Assembly (NCBI GenBank): GCA_051530055.1
Contig: CM121342.1
Span: 8,633,480-8,697,479 of the forward strand
Direction: 5' to 3'
Origin: Neoechinorhynchus agilis
Taxonomy: Eukaryota; Animalia; Acanthocephala
Length of the DNA stretch: 64,000 nt
This document shows, one piece after another, positions 34,480 to 47,759 of this stretch. Position 1 is the stretch's first letter; each line of letters begins with the position of its first letter. Position numbers and translations under genes: made by a program. The notes under the pieces were generated by a model, which searched no databases, was not told the origin of the DNA, and saw nothing but the letters and a program-made list of their open reading frames with translations.

Positions 34480-35330
34480 TTACCTTTCTCAGACTAATAA
34501 AAGAGTCGATATATACATGGAACAGGGAACCAAGCAAACGTTTCTCTCTCGAATTACCTATAGTTGGCCTAAATGAAACCAGGGAGGCTGGTCTTCGGGG
34601 TTGGCGATCCCGGGTTCCCGAGTCAAAACGAAAACAATCATGTCGTGTGTTTGTGACAAATTCATTTGAAATTTTTTTTCGATTGAATTGATAAAATGAC
34701 TCTGATTCAATCAGTCGGAATATACATTCGTCTTTAAAGCGATCTCCCTCGGGTATCGACAATCGACCAAAATAACAACATATCCTTATCCTCAATTTTA
34801 TACGCAAACGTCGACAATATTACGGTTTTGATAGCTATGAAGAAAAGATTGCTAAGTACTAAATTAAAGCTCAACTTTCATGGTTATAGCGGATGTTATA
34901 TGGCTCATGTGTTTGATCCTCAAATGTAATTTCTTTATCGGTAAGTTCGAGAGTTGACTATGGGGAATAGCAGCCTTGCTCGGATGTTGTCCATTTTGTA
35001 CTCGGACTCCCTGGAGAAGCAGTACATTACCAAAAAAAAGGCGATACCTGAGGTCGGGAGGCGTCTGAAGTAAAGGAATTGAAACAGAGATTCAATACCA
35101 TTAATGACGAGGGACAACCCGAAGGACTATTTACCATTCCTTAACTTGCAATTTAAGGCCGACGATACAACCTCATTTGAATGGTATCGCAAGCCTTTCA
35201 GTCATAGTTATGCATCGAGATTCTCACCATCCTTTTGAGCGATCTATATTGCGATGCATAGGACTGCAAGGTTTTTCTCATCTTCGCCGGAGGCTAAAAT
35301 GATCTTCATTGAGGTTGTAAACAGAATATT
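34480..35330 (-). mobile_element. Decayed CR1/L2-like RT fragment
   Basis: Scattered RT C-terminal remnants only; no long ORF. Confidence 0.3.
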
Positions 35331-36589
35331 CGCTCAAGACGGTGTTTACAAACATGGAATCCACGATAGTGTTCAATGTAAACGAGTTCATATATTTATT
35401 TTAGAACTGAATTTCGTTCCAACCTTATGATATCTTTTTTCAATAGAAGAAGGTCCGACGACTCCGGAAAGCAATGTTGTCTACGAGACTATCTGTTTTC
35501 AATGCGATCGTCAACTGATCAGCGTTGTGCACATTGGAAACGCATTGAACTCAGACGCGACCTCCATGGGTCAAATACTACTCAGGTTCCACTGAGACAT
35601 CAAGGTACCAAGCGAAAGATGAAAAGTGAGACTGGTCGTCGTAGGGAGGACAAGGCCAACAACAGGACGTGTTTTTGTGTTGAACCAAATAGACGAATTG
35701 CCTTCATCGTTGATCTTCTTCAACTCCCCTCTAGATTGTGGATGCTTTGGGGGGAATCTCTTGATTTTTTCAATCCATAAGCAGTTTCATTGTTCCATTT
35801 TTGGCTATAAGCATGTTTCGTGGAGGACGACGAAATTCCATCTTTTTATCTCGCGGTGTTTCTCGACGGAGCAATATTGTAGGAAACAACTTGTCCCATG
35901 GCAGATTAGTCATTTATTATGTAGCTGTCAAAGTATTTCTCAACAAAACTGCAACGCAGTTGGTTCTTATATGAGGCCCTCAACCTAGAAGACATCTCAT
36001 GGACGTTTGCAATTGGAAACGTGGTGTTCTAAGTGCAGCATCGTTGCCAAATTATTTGAAACCATATAACGAAGAATTCATTTGGGAGTGCAATTAATAC
36101 TGAATTTTAAAAAGACATTTCAATACATAATATTCATTTTACGTAATCAAGAACAGCCGTTACTAAGGCAGAATTTTTCACCCCAAACTCACAAATACTT
36201 AATATTTTTACGACTACAATGTGAGTCATAGAAAATCAATATTTCTAAACCGCGACAAACGCGAAAATTCGAACGATTTGTATTTTTCTATGAAATTGTA
36301 CGCAAGGAAATTGGTTTCCACTGAAATCAATTAACTGAATTGAATAAAATACGAAACGAAAGAAGCAGTTTTAAAAGAATCGTCGTAAATCCCAAAACCC
36401 AGAATTTAAATTCAAAAATGACATATTTCCTAGGTTTGTTACAAGCGGATCTTGAACTGCTAATTCACCGCCTCACTGGAATCATCCCTGATCGAGTACC
36501 AATCGATCCCGAAATACCGTCCTTTCATGACAATGAGAACTTTACCCGGTACAAGGTGATCGTATAAAATACATTTGATGAATTTTTTC

Positions 36590-37075
36590 TAGCCTAGAAG
36601 AGCTTTTCTCCTTAGTAATGCAAGCTAAGTATGCGGGTTCGATCATATGCTGATGATAGCCTTGCGGCTGCCTCGCTTGATATAATCTCTGACTTTGGAA
36701 CGTTGGAAAATCGAATTAAATATATTTTCCTAATTTCAAATTTTTATGTTCATTAGAAAATTTTAACTTTGAGTCTAAAATAAACATAAGCCGCAGCGGA
36801 TAAAGCTGTCAGAAAATTGGCATTTGTCGCAACAAATTCACAAAACTTGTTTAACCATTATTCGCGTTCTGCGTAAATATTTGCTAGCTACAAATATTCG
36901 TTGTTCATAGTGAATATTTTGTGTTGCAAGCTCTCCGATTTATTCGTAGAAACATTAACCGACTACCGTATTTATCTGCTAAGAAATTCGCTGGATGTTC
37001 GCTAAACGCTCTCTAATGCTGATTTTCCGTCGAGCGTTGCTGCGGATTACTTATCTTCTAAAAAATTGTTATTGC
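36590..37075 (+). mobile_element. Decayed CR1/L2-like RT C-terminal fragment; 36755-37075 recurs at 46764-47065
   Basis: VRSYADD at ~36640 and KAVRKLAFV. About 300 bp aligns with the second copy. Confidence 0.5.
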
Positions 37076-37533
37076 TTAATTAAGTGTCGATTGACTATAA
37101 TTACAAATAGAAGATTGCTCGGCCGTTATCCACAAAATCCTTCTACTTTACAGTAATTTTTGGTTTGCTTTCATGGCTGCAACGAAAATCTTGAGCCAAA
37201 CACTTTATTTCGCCTAAATGAGATGCGGCAAAATAATACCAATAATTTCTCTTATAGGGATTTCGGTAATCGTTTTGGATCTCAGAAATAATTATAGCTG
37301 CCTTTATAGTCGTCGATTATTGATAAAACCTTTTTGAAAAGTTAGTCAATGTTCCGTTTGATCGCTCACACTCTTCCCTTTGCTATTTGGCATTTTTAGT
37401 GTACCTCAGATTCACAAAGAAACGCTTAAATTCTGCTCCCTTTAGAAAAACACTACTAAATTTTTTTATCTATTTTTATTTTCAAGCTAAAGATTTTTAT
37501 TGGCTATTCGATGCAGATGTCTTTAAGAGCTAA

Positions 37534-38690
37534 TTATTTTGAACGATTGGATCGATTATTCGTGTTGTCGATGCTTGAATTGATATCTGTTTTCATATCA
37601 CCGGATTTTTTTCCTTCATCGGTTCCTTGCTCTTTTGATGAAGTCTCCATTTTCTTCGATGCTTCGAATTTGTTTCTCGCATATTTTCTTTGATCTTTTG
37701 AGCTGAAATTCTTCTTTAATTTTGATTGCAACCCGATTCATCATTTTAAAATACAACGTATTCTCATTGTTTCCAAAAATTTCACTAAAGAGATCTATAA
37801 GTCCGGATTTTCCTACTTCTTTCTAGCTAATTTTTCGTTTTGGAATAACTTCAAAAATATTCTTTGCCCGAGCACCATTTATTACTTAGTTACTGGAGTT
37901 CAGGCACTTCATCAACCGTCGACGGAGAATAAGGACCTCTGACGGTTTAACGATCGTTGATTTGGAGGCTTCGGTGCTTGCAAATATTAACTCATTCAGA
38001 CTTTGATCTTGAACACCGCTTACTTTTTTTATAGATTCCACGTTGGTGTTCTTCATTCGTCTGTTTCTTGGAAAATCCTGTTTAAAATAATTCGTAACTC
38101 CGTTTTTCTCATTTTCGAAAACTGATTTTATTTTAGAGGCCACTGGTTTTGATGAGATGTTCGAGAATTGCATTGTCCTTAATTTGTTTTATTCTGTATA
38201 AAATCCGTATTAATTTCGATTCACGGAATTCGGCCTTTGTCGCGTTCATTTGAAGAACTTCATGTAGGATACCGGGTACGAATTTCTTGTTTTCGACTTT
38301 GTAATCTCCCTTCAATGCAATTCTAAGCATTCTATGAAGCCCACAAAGATAGTTTTCATACTTTTTAGGCGACGTATTTTCTTTGTTCGCTACCTTCCTT
38401 TTTTCGTTTCTTTATTTGTACCTTCAAGTGGTCGCTTTGGAGTTGATGGCGCAACATTCACAGTTCAATATTTCTTGTATTTTGGTAGTCTTTAGTGGTT
38501 TGCTTCCAATATTTTCTTGAATTTTATCCTTAATTTTCGGAGGAACCATTTTATACTTAAGGACTCCTCATTGCTCGCCATTTTCTCGACCATTTGGAAC
38601 ATCTCACAGTTAAGAATATCGTAAACTGTAACCGATCGAATCAATAATTCTCGTAGATTCCGTTTCGGAAACGAACCCAAAAAGTTTATT
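37534..38690 (-). pseudogene. Fragmented lineage-specific coding region; 38390-38640 is paralogous to 52500-52760
   Basis: MFQMVEKMASNEESLSIKWFLRKLRIKFKKILEANH* versus MFQLVEQMASNEDSSSINWFLRKLRIIFKKILEANHCRLP. I could not splice the four ORF pieces into one frame. Confidence 0.4.
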
Positions 38691-39009
38691 GCCTAGATTT
38701 TTTTGTAGATTGCTTTAATGTTTGTGGGCGATTTCTTTTTTATATTTTAAATATTTTTTTCATTTTCATACTCATTACTTTCCTTAAAGTTTTGGATTTC
38801 TTGGATTTTTACATAATTATCTCATATCAGTAAAATTTATTTTAATAAGTGATGAAAGATTAAATTATACTTTTGGTAAAAATAATCCCGTTCATAACAT
38901 ATTTGATTTATTGGAAATATTTAGCAAGGTAAGATTTCCTTATCAATCATATAAAAAGAGTTTCACGAATTAAGGTTATTGTACGTTGGCGAATCCTGCC
39001 CCCGGTGTT

Positions 39010-39570
39010 GTCGTTACTCATTTATTTGAGAAATATTTCGCAAGGTTTTCCTTGCCGCTTCAGTCTCTATCTAAAATGTAGATGACATAAACAGCACGCA
39101 CGTCCGGTCACGTCTGGATGTAGCTCAGATCCGCGGGTTTGCTAATATCCAAAGTGTAGGAGGTTCGATCCGCACACACCCCTTGCGGTTTGTTGCCGAC
39201 TAATTGGTTCGTCGTACTACGCAACTTTGGTAGCACCAGAGTGAAGTTTGATTTGTTGCCTTCCATCGTTGGATTCCCCCGGATGTGAATGGCTTCAAGA
39301 ATCAGACTTCTCAGATCCGGTTCGCTGGTTAGGAATGCCGCTTCTTCAAAATTTACCCTGTGCTGGGTTGTTGCTGGTGGTTCGAGATTGCTGAGGATTT
39401 GTCTAAAGTCCTGCAAGCCTGTTTATGCTGCGAGATCCGTTTCTTGATCCCTTGCATAGTTTGTCCAATGTAGACCTTTGAGCATTCTGCACATGGAATT
39501 TTGTAGATCCCTGATTTGGTCTCTTGTTTGGCTTTCCTCTTGAGAATACCCGCAATGGACGCGCCCATTT
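39010..39570 (-). mobile_element. Penelope-like element 3' fragment (GIY-YIG) with terminal hammerhead-like core at 39028-39067
   Basis: KSGIYKIPCAECSKVYIGQT..IKKRISQHK..SAISNH / HRVNFEEA..SLILEAIHI. Then GAGA-CUGAAGC-G-GCAAGG(aaaa)CCUUGC-GAA-AUAU-U-UCUC-AAAUAAA. Confidence 0.85.
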
Positions 39571-39671
39571 GTTGTAAATCAAAAGATTTGGAGCGAGGTA
39601 CTTGAGGCGCCTCATTTTTCTGGTCGCTGTGTCACTTATGTGGTGAACGCCGGTGTATTTGAGAGATATGC

Positions 39672-40930
39672 TTGTGGTTTCCTTCTTCTTGCGATATTAT
39701 CCGGCTAGTGGATGAATATTACAAAGCTGAAGTGCTGAAAATATTGGCCAGGTACATTTTCTATTCGAAAAATAAACGAGAAGGCGGAACACATGCACAA
39801 TGGGTGGCTGATTTGCAAGACTTGGTTATCTTCAAAACACCCCCTGAGACATTGAGAAAAGCCGCAGTGCAAGAGAAAATTGAGCACGAGATCAATAGAT
39901 TGGAGCAAAGAACAGGAATGAGATTTAATCGACGATCGACAGATGGAGATAGTGAAAAGAAGCGAAGCGAAGCAAGGATAAGCGGCCAAAAATGTGGAAA
40001 ATGCGGCGAATTTCCGATCGAGATGCCCAGCGGAGCGAGCTCTATGCTACAAGCGTGAGAGTAACAAAAAGGTATGGGAACAAGTAGGACGTCCGATATT
40101 GCTTAAGGGCAAAGAATTGAAGGAATTTGTGGGGACGATAGTTGAGGATTTTGGAGAATGTGAATTGACAGTGGAACTCCGTGAGTTGACAAAATCAGTC
40201 AAGGCTCATGTAGTGCCCTGTAACAGTCGATGTCTGTTTGGGTTACCCTGATGTATTGCGTTCGAGATGGAATTGCCAGAGGAAGACAGCATAAACAGCT
40301 GAAAAGAATCGGATTTCGAAGTACGAAATTCAAGGGGCATTCCCTAATATTTTTCGAGAACCAGACTGCCATCAAGGATTAAAATATCAAATTAGATTTG
40401 GTGAATGAGAGTAACCCGATTCGATGTCAAGCACGGAGGATTCCGTTTGCTGTTCAAGCGCTTTTGAAGGAGGAGTTAGCAAGATTAGTCAAGAAAAATG
40501 TTCTCGTGGAGGTCATGGATCACGAGGAGCAGGTGAGATGGGCAACGCCGATCGTCATAGTAAGAAGGAAAGATGGTAAGATACGGATATGCGGAGATTT
40601 CAGGACAACAATTAATAAATATCTCCGAGACGAGCTATATCAAATGCCGAGATCTGACGAGCTGCTACCGAAGCTGTATCCGAGATGTGCGCCACTTTAC
40701 ATGGGAAACAATATCACTCAAATGCATTCAATCAAATTAAAGAAATGCTGACAATTACACAGAATCTCTTGCCATATGATGAAAATAAGAAAATTGTTAT
40801 CAGTTGCGATGCTTATGACACCGGAATAGGTGCTGTATTATTCCACGAATGGGAGGACGGATCGAAGCATCCTGTCATGTTCGCTTCAAGGGTATTGCGA
40901 AAATCAGCAAAGGATTACTCGGTTATATAA
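39672..40930 (+). mobile_element. Internally deleted Ty3/Gypsy remnant
   Basis: RWATPIVIVRRKDGKIRICGDFRTTINK and ISCDAYDTGIGAVLFH..HPVMFASRVL. Confidence 0.85.
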
Positions 40931-41419
40931 GCACGTTTTATTTATGTAAAAAATGCAAGATCCACACACTTGCCAGCATCTATCTTTGCTAAACGGTGTA
41001 TGGATGACGGATGTTGAAGGCAAAGGAGGTGGGACTTGTTTTTGAAGGGGTTTTAATGTGCGATCGGAGGCTTTGTAAAGGAGATGACTGATTAGGAGTC
41101 TTTCCTTGTTCTCCGGTTATTAAGGAAAGATTGGGCTTGGGGGAAGAAAGATTTTTGGTAGAGGGTAGTACGAGCGAGGGGAGATGAAACAGGTTAGGTT
41201 TACGGGTGTTTACGAAGGAAGAGTATTTAGAGATGAGGGAAGAAAATTGCGGAGAGGGTCGAAGAAGACGGAGGGCGTTTTTGGCGAAAATGGAGTGGAG
41301 GTGGGCGTCGAGGGGAGGAAGTGAAGTCCCGCATATTTTCCCTGCTTTCTTGTGGAAGGTCTCGAGGGAATGGGATACGCCGAGACGCCGGAGGATTTTG
41401 AGAAGGTAAAGAAGAAGGT

Positions 41420-44400
41420 TTGATTTGTCCGGAAAAAACTAACGATCGAACCGACTGCTCCTTCGTCTGAACGTGAATACAAATATTGGAAGAAAACGTT
41501 TGACAATTTCGTAGCTGCATGTGGAAATCAATGTCCAGGCAAACTTCAATGTCTGATACGTTTCGTCAGTCCAAACGTATATGAAATGATAGCGGGCTAA
41601 CCCGATTTTGATAAGGCGATTGCGATCTTGGACAAAGCATACATTAAGGAGGCGAATTCAATTTTTTCCAGACATGTGTTGGCTACGTACCAGCAGCAAC
41701 CCTCTCAGTCAATCGACGAGTTCGTCCGAGAACTAAACTGCATAAGCCGAAAATGTCAGTTAACGGACGTGACCGCTGAGCAATACCGACTAGAACTCAT
41801 TCGCGATGCTTTTGTTAGTGGGATTTCATCCCCATAATTCGTCAACACCTTCTGGAACATCATGCTCTAAGTTTGACCCAGGCGATCGACATAGCGAAGT
41901 CTCTAGATACAGCTCAGCGAAACGCTGAAATTTATAACCGTCAAGCGCCGCCTATTGCAGCTTTTGTCGAAGCTCCTCCATCCACTTCGCACCAGAAGCC
42001 TGAAACGGAGGATATGGAAATAGCTGCCGCCATAAAGTCAAAAAAGTGCTGGTTTTGCGGTTTTGATTTGTATCCAAGATCTCGTTGTCCTACCAGAAAG
42101 TCTAAGTGTTCGAAATGCGGAAAAATAGGCCACTGGGGTAAAGTATGTCGATCCAAGCCATTAGAAAAGCAGCCGGAGGGCACCTCCGCTACTATGTTTT
42201 TATGTGCCAGCGACGAGCTTGCAGATCTAAACAATCGAATGTTCCTTATCGACGTGGTCATTGAGGGACTACCGTTATCTGCTATGATCGATACAGGTAG
42301 TTCGAGCAACTTTATTAGTGATAAGGTTGCCATGAATCTGGGACTAAAAACGATTGCATCGGAAGGTATAGTCAAGCTGGCTGCAACAAGTCAACAGATT
42401 CGAATCAAAGGCAAATGTCTCGTCGACATTCTTGTGGAAAATCGAACTCATCATGCTGTCAAATTCAGTGTGTTGGAGGACCTTTGTACGGACGTCATAC
42501 TCGGTCTAGAATTTCAAAAACTCCACAGAAGCATTCGTTTTGTCTATAATGGTTCCAAAGATGAATTGACAATCAGGCCCCTATCAGACTGTTGCAACTT
42601 GATCAAAGCTGATATGTTGGAAACCCCATTGTTTAACTCGATCCTTCGGAATATTAAGCCTGTTGTGACCAAATCGCGAATGTTTAGCGTTGAAGACCGT
42701 TCGTTTATCGATGGTGAAGTAAAAAGGTTACTTTATGCAGGCGTGATAGAACCTAGTCGATCTCCGTGGAGATCACAGATTGTAGCCGCCAAAAACGACT
42801 CGAATTCAGGCAAGAAGCGACTAGTTATTGATTATTCGCAGGCTATCGATAGATTTACTTCGTTGGACGCTTACCCATTGCCTAACCTTCACCAGCTTAT
42901 TAATACCATCGCTCAATACCGCGTATTTTCTACCTTCGACTTAAAAAGTGCATATCATCAAATCGGCATACCTGCTTCCTAAAGACGGTACACCGCTTTC
43001 GAAGCGAATGGTAATCTTTACCAATTTACGCGTATACCTTTTGGCGTTACAAACGGTGTCGCCGCATTTCAAAGGGCGATGGATAATATGATTAAGAGAA
43101 TTTGGAGTGTACGATTTCATATCTAGATAATGTTACTGTAGCAGGTAAATCGCAGGAGGAACACGACTCGAATGTAAAGCTCTTTATGGAAGCTGTCGAG
43201 AAACGGAAGTTGACTTTGAATCATTCCAAAACTATAGCGTCGGTCCAATCTATCAATCTAATGGGTTACAACATCTGCAATGGAAAGATTCGGCCCGATC
43301 CGGAAAGACTACGCCCCTTATTTGAAATGCCTATTCCTTCTGATTCAAAAAGCCTAGCTCGAGTGCTCGGAATGTTGGCCTATTACTCAAAGTGGATCCA
43401 GGACTTTTCGTCGAAATTTCAAATACTCTATAAATGTAGTAAATTTCCGATGGAAACCGATGAGATCAGAGTTCTCAAAGCATTGAAGGAAGAGTTGGGA
43501 AACGCATCCTTGGGTGTTATCGACGCGGATAGCCTATTCACCGTCGAATGCGACGCGTCTGATGTTGCCGTTTCGGCCACACTGAACCAAAACGGAAGAC
43601 CTGTGGCCTTCATTTCCAGGACGCTCAACAAGTGCGAGATGCGATATCCTGCCGTCGAAAAGGAGACGATGGCAATCGTCGAAGCTGTCAGAAAGTGGAG
43701 ACCTCTACTGAATGGGAGACGTTTTCACCTTATTACTGACCAACGATCGGTAGCTTTTATGATGGACGGTCGCTGACGAACCAAAATTGAGAACGACAAG
43801 ATTCTAGGCTGGGGGGTTGAGCTCTCTGACCTCTGATATGAAATTCGTTATCGCCCTGGCAAAGATAATATCGCTGCGGATGCGTTATCGAGGGCCAATG
43901 CAATCGACCTGACTGACTTAGAAGAGATTCACAAGCAACTCTGCCACCCTGGAGTCAGTAGGTTACTTCATTTTGTCAGATCGAAGAACTTACCATTCTC
44001 TACATCCGAGGTCAGGTTGATATGCTTGAAATGCAGAACGTGCGCTTTTGTCAAACCGCAGTTTTACAGACCCTCCGTGGACTCCCAACTGATACAGGCA
44101 TTAAAGCCGATGTATAGGGTATCGATTGACTTTAAAGGCCCACTTCCGTCCCTTTCTTCCAACAAGTACTTATTTACGGCAATCGGTGAATACTGTAGGT
44201 TCCCGTTTGTCATTCCCTGTGAAAATATCAATAGTCAGACGGTAATCCGATGCCTTACTTCAATCTTTTCACTGTGTGGTACTCCTGGATGTGTCCATAG
44301 CGATCGAGGAGCGGCTTTCCTGAACAGCGAAGTAAGTCAGTTCTTGAGGGCGAACGGAATAGCCAGCAGCCGCACTACTCCGTATCATCCTACGGGCAAC

Positions 44401-44994
44401 GCTAAGGTGGAGCGATTCAATGTCACGATTTGGAGATCTGTGAGCTTAACTATTTGGGAGGAGGTATTACCTCAAGCCTTGCACGCCGCTCGGTCTCTAA
44501 TCGTACGAACAACCAACTCTACTCCCCACGACCGATTTTTCAGCTTTGCGAGGCGATCGTCTTATGGCTCGTCACTCCCGTCCTGGTTCTTGTCTCCAGG
44601 TCTAGTATTAGTACGCAATTTCGTACGAAATAAAACAGAACCGCTAGTGCGAGAAGTTGAATTAATAGAAGCGAATTCAACACATGCAAGAATACGATAT
44701 GAAGATGGTATGGAAAGTTAAGTTTCGACCAAAGACCTTGCCAAATTTCCAGCACTCGATAGCACTAACGATAATCTCATCGAGTGTCCAGTCGAAGACA
44801 GTCGAAGACCGGGTTCCGGTGATCCAAACGATTGCGAAACGAAGGTCCCACTAGAAGACAAAAAACTGTACCACTGATTGCCGTACTGAGATATTCCCGA
44901 GTCAACCTTCTACGAGTGCCCCGGAACTCCGCAGATCTACACGAATACGACGAAGACCAGAACGATATCGGTGAAAACTCTAAGAGGGCGAGAA
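41420..44994 (+). mobile_element. Ty3/Gypsy internal region (gag-PR-RT-RNaseH-IN), with stops and frameshifts
   Basis: EYKYWKKTFDNF; zinc knuckle CSKCGKIGHWGKVC; AMIDTGS; SPWRSQIV; IDYSQ; FDLKSAYHQI; YLDNVTV; ECDASDV; ITDQRSV; IDFKGP; HSDRG; TPYHPTGNAKVERFN. Confidence 0.95.
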
Positions 44995-45169
44995 TGACGT
45001 AATAATTATACGCGACTAATTCTTCGTCGCCATAATTCAGCCGTTTACTAATCCGCACGCACGTACGCATTCACGCATACCGTTATTTTTCAAGTTGAAT
45101 AAAAACTGTTTGTGTCCACCACACGGCCATTGCCCTTTTTGTACTCCTTTTAAACGTGCTTGAATGTCA
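44995..45169 (+). repeat. Probable 3' LTR of the Gypsy element (3' boundary uncertain)
   Basis: Follows the PPT aagagggcgagaa, starts TGAC, contains aataaa, and a possible end GTCA lies at 45166-45169. No 5' LTR is present. Confidence 0.5.
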
Positions 45170-45568
45170 AGCTTTTTATATTTTGACGTTTCGCTATGGA
45201 TTGATCTTTTTTTGAAAATGTGGAAAGTTGATAACGAACAAAGGGTGCTAACAAGACGACTGCTATTTTTGGATTTAAACAATCAATCTTCTAAAAGTCA
45301 AAAGGAAGCGGTTTCTGAAAGTGATTCCTTGTTAAGACTTTAAACAAACACAATGGAAAATTACATAAAAGACACACGCCCTAAACTGGCAAACTATCTC
45401 CGCAAATTATAAATGATAATGTTAATACAGTAGGTTTGTCTCGCATATTAGAAAAGTATAAAAAAATCGTTATGCTGAATCAAAGAATGCAAACTTCCCA
45501 TGGAATTTTGCTATTGGGAACTCACATCTACATGTCAATAAGTGAGGATGTACCGGGATAAAATATTA

Positions 45569-45707
45569 GAATTATTGTTCACTTCTTCAGTAGGTAAAAT
45601 TTTTTATTAAAAACGTTTCGAGCCTACAAACTGATGATGAACCCGACGAGGTTAGGAACGTTTTTAATAAAAAGTTATTAACCGAGCTAAGAACTGAACA
45701 ATAATTC
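45569..45707 (+). mobile_element. Palindromic element of the 9.4-10.8 kb terminal-repeat family, with a hammerhead-like core at 45631-45662
   Basis: Arms gaattattgttca..ttattaaaaacgtttcgagcct / aggttaggaacgtttttaataa..tgaacaataattc. The loop holds CUGAUGA-U-GAACC. Confidence 0.75.
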
Positions 45708-46763
45708 AACTAACATCTACATTGCATCCTCCGAACCTGAACAACTTAGCAATATAACTGCGATCCAAGGGAAGCTTCCAAGAAGGTTGCTGTCAGAGGG
45801 CACAGCTAGTGATTGTTTCTCCAATAAAAATTGGGTAAATTCTCGAAGCTATCAATATCGATCGAAGAATTACTCAGAGAAGATGACTTAAAAAGGAGTC
45901 TTAATCGAAGATGATTTGCCGATTTCATAAACAAATTCTTAGAATTAGATCCTCATCTACGACTAAAGTCGCGTAGAGTGAGAGAGGGTGAATTTAAAAA
46001 AAAATGGAGCGTCTTTCATTTCATCCACAATATAACGAAAAAAATAAGATCGATTGATTGTCAATAAGATCAGGGACCGCAAACTAACCGACAAAGAAAA
46101 AAGTACATTTAAAGGAAATTACTGATGCAATAATAAAGTGAGAAAGAGTTGAGGAAACGAGTTAAAGGGTTCAAAAACACAATTCTCCGAGGCGACGAAA
46201 AAGGAACTAAAACGGGCGAGTTGGGTTTATTCGGTTGCAAGTTTTTTGAAAAAACAAAAGATTTGTCTAAGAGAGTCTTAAATGTCGATTCGAAAATAAA
46301 CGAGAAATTGGCTTAATCGCTTATAGAATCTATAGGTTCAATGTTCAATTTGCTGGCTGTTTGCGCTGGTGAAATTATTAAATTAGAAGCGCAAAATGAA
46401 AACGCAACCATTTAAATTACGTTAATCTGTGCCAGAACCGAATCCATTGAAAATGCAACAATAGAATGAAAACCAAAAAACAATGAAAAAATTTAATATC
46501 TTCGGTAAGATGGGATTTTGTTAAATGTCATTTGCTGTAATTTTTTAATAAAAATGAAAATTGACGGCGACTTCGGAAAATCTAAATGTTTTCCATCGTT
46601 TTTTTGAAATTGGACTCGGCGTCTAAAGCAATTTTAATGTGTCTTAAAGTTTCGTCTTAAAAGTTGTTTTGATGTTTTATTCTTTAGTTTTTGTCTACGT
46701 TGTGTTTTTTCCGAAATTGTAACTTAAGAAGTATTTTTCTAACTTCATAGATTGTCGTTATTT

Positions 46764-47065
46764 AGAAATTTTAGACTTTGAGTCTAAAATAAACATAAAC
46801 CGTCACGGATAAAGCTCTCAAAAGGTTGACATTAGTCGCATGTTTTACAATTATTCGCGTTCTGCATATTTGCTAGCTACAAATATTTGTTGTTGATAAT
46901 GAATATTTTGTGTTGCAAGCTCTCCGATTTCTTCGTAGAAACATTAACCGACTACTGTATTTATCTGCTATGAAATTCGCTGGATGTTCACGCAACGTTC
47001 TCTAATGCTGATTTTCTGTCGAGCGTTATTGCGAATTACTTATCTTATAAAAAATTATTATTGTC
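46764..47065 (+). repeat. Second copy of the decayed LINE segment at 36755-37075
   Basis: Shared ctttgagtctaaaataaacataa...tgtgttgcaagctctccgattt..ctctaatgctgatttt. Confidence 0.75.
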
Positions 47066-47759
47066 AACGGACGATCGAGTAACTTTCGACAATGTCTCTA
47101 TACGGCTATTTCCGTCCATTTCGTTTATTCTTGGGTTTATTTGATTTTTGAACTTCGTTTTTGTTTGGATTTTTCTGATTAGTAACTTTCAATAACTAAC
47201 CAATAGCAGTTTCGTTTGATTGATTAGGCAATTCCCTTTTACTCTAGCAATCAAGTTTTTGTTTCATTTCAATGTATTATTCCTCTAAAAGATAATCTTT
47301 TCATTGTGCTCGTCGTCTCTTTTCTATCAGAAAGTCATTGTAAACAGTGCTTTAATGTGAATATCAAAGTTAAGCAAGACTCATTTTAAGTGATCATCGA
47401 ATAATAATAAATCGTAATAGATATTAAGCAAATAATCAAAAATTATCCAATAGCATCATGATGAGAGAAAACAAATCTCAAATCGTAGGAAAATCAATTC
47501 ATCGGATTGTGTGTAATTTAGCGCGATCAATCATGTTCATAAAACGCATTTTGGCTTGGGGAGATAAAGTTGTAAATTTTAATAAAATTTTAGTTCGTAC
47601 TCTTATGCTCAATTTAGTTTAAAAAACCAATTTCTCTAAACGACGGAAATTCGACAGGAAAAATGTAAGGGCTTATGATCTCCGAAAATCTTGGATTAAG
47701 ACCTCCAAGAAACTTTGACTATTGACGCAACCTCAAATCAACTGGTGAAAATGTTGGAT

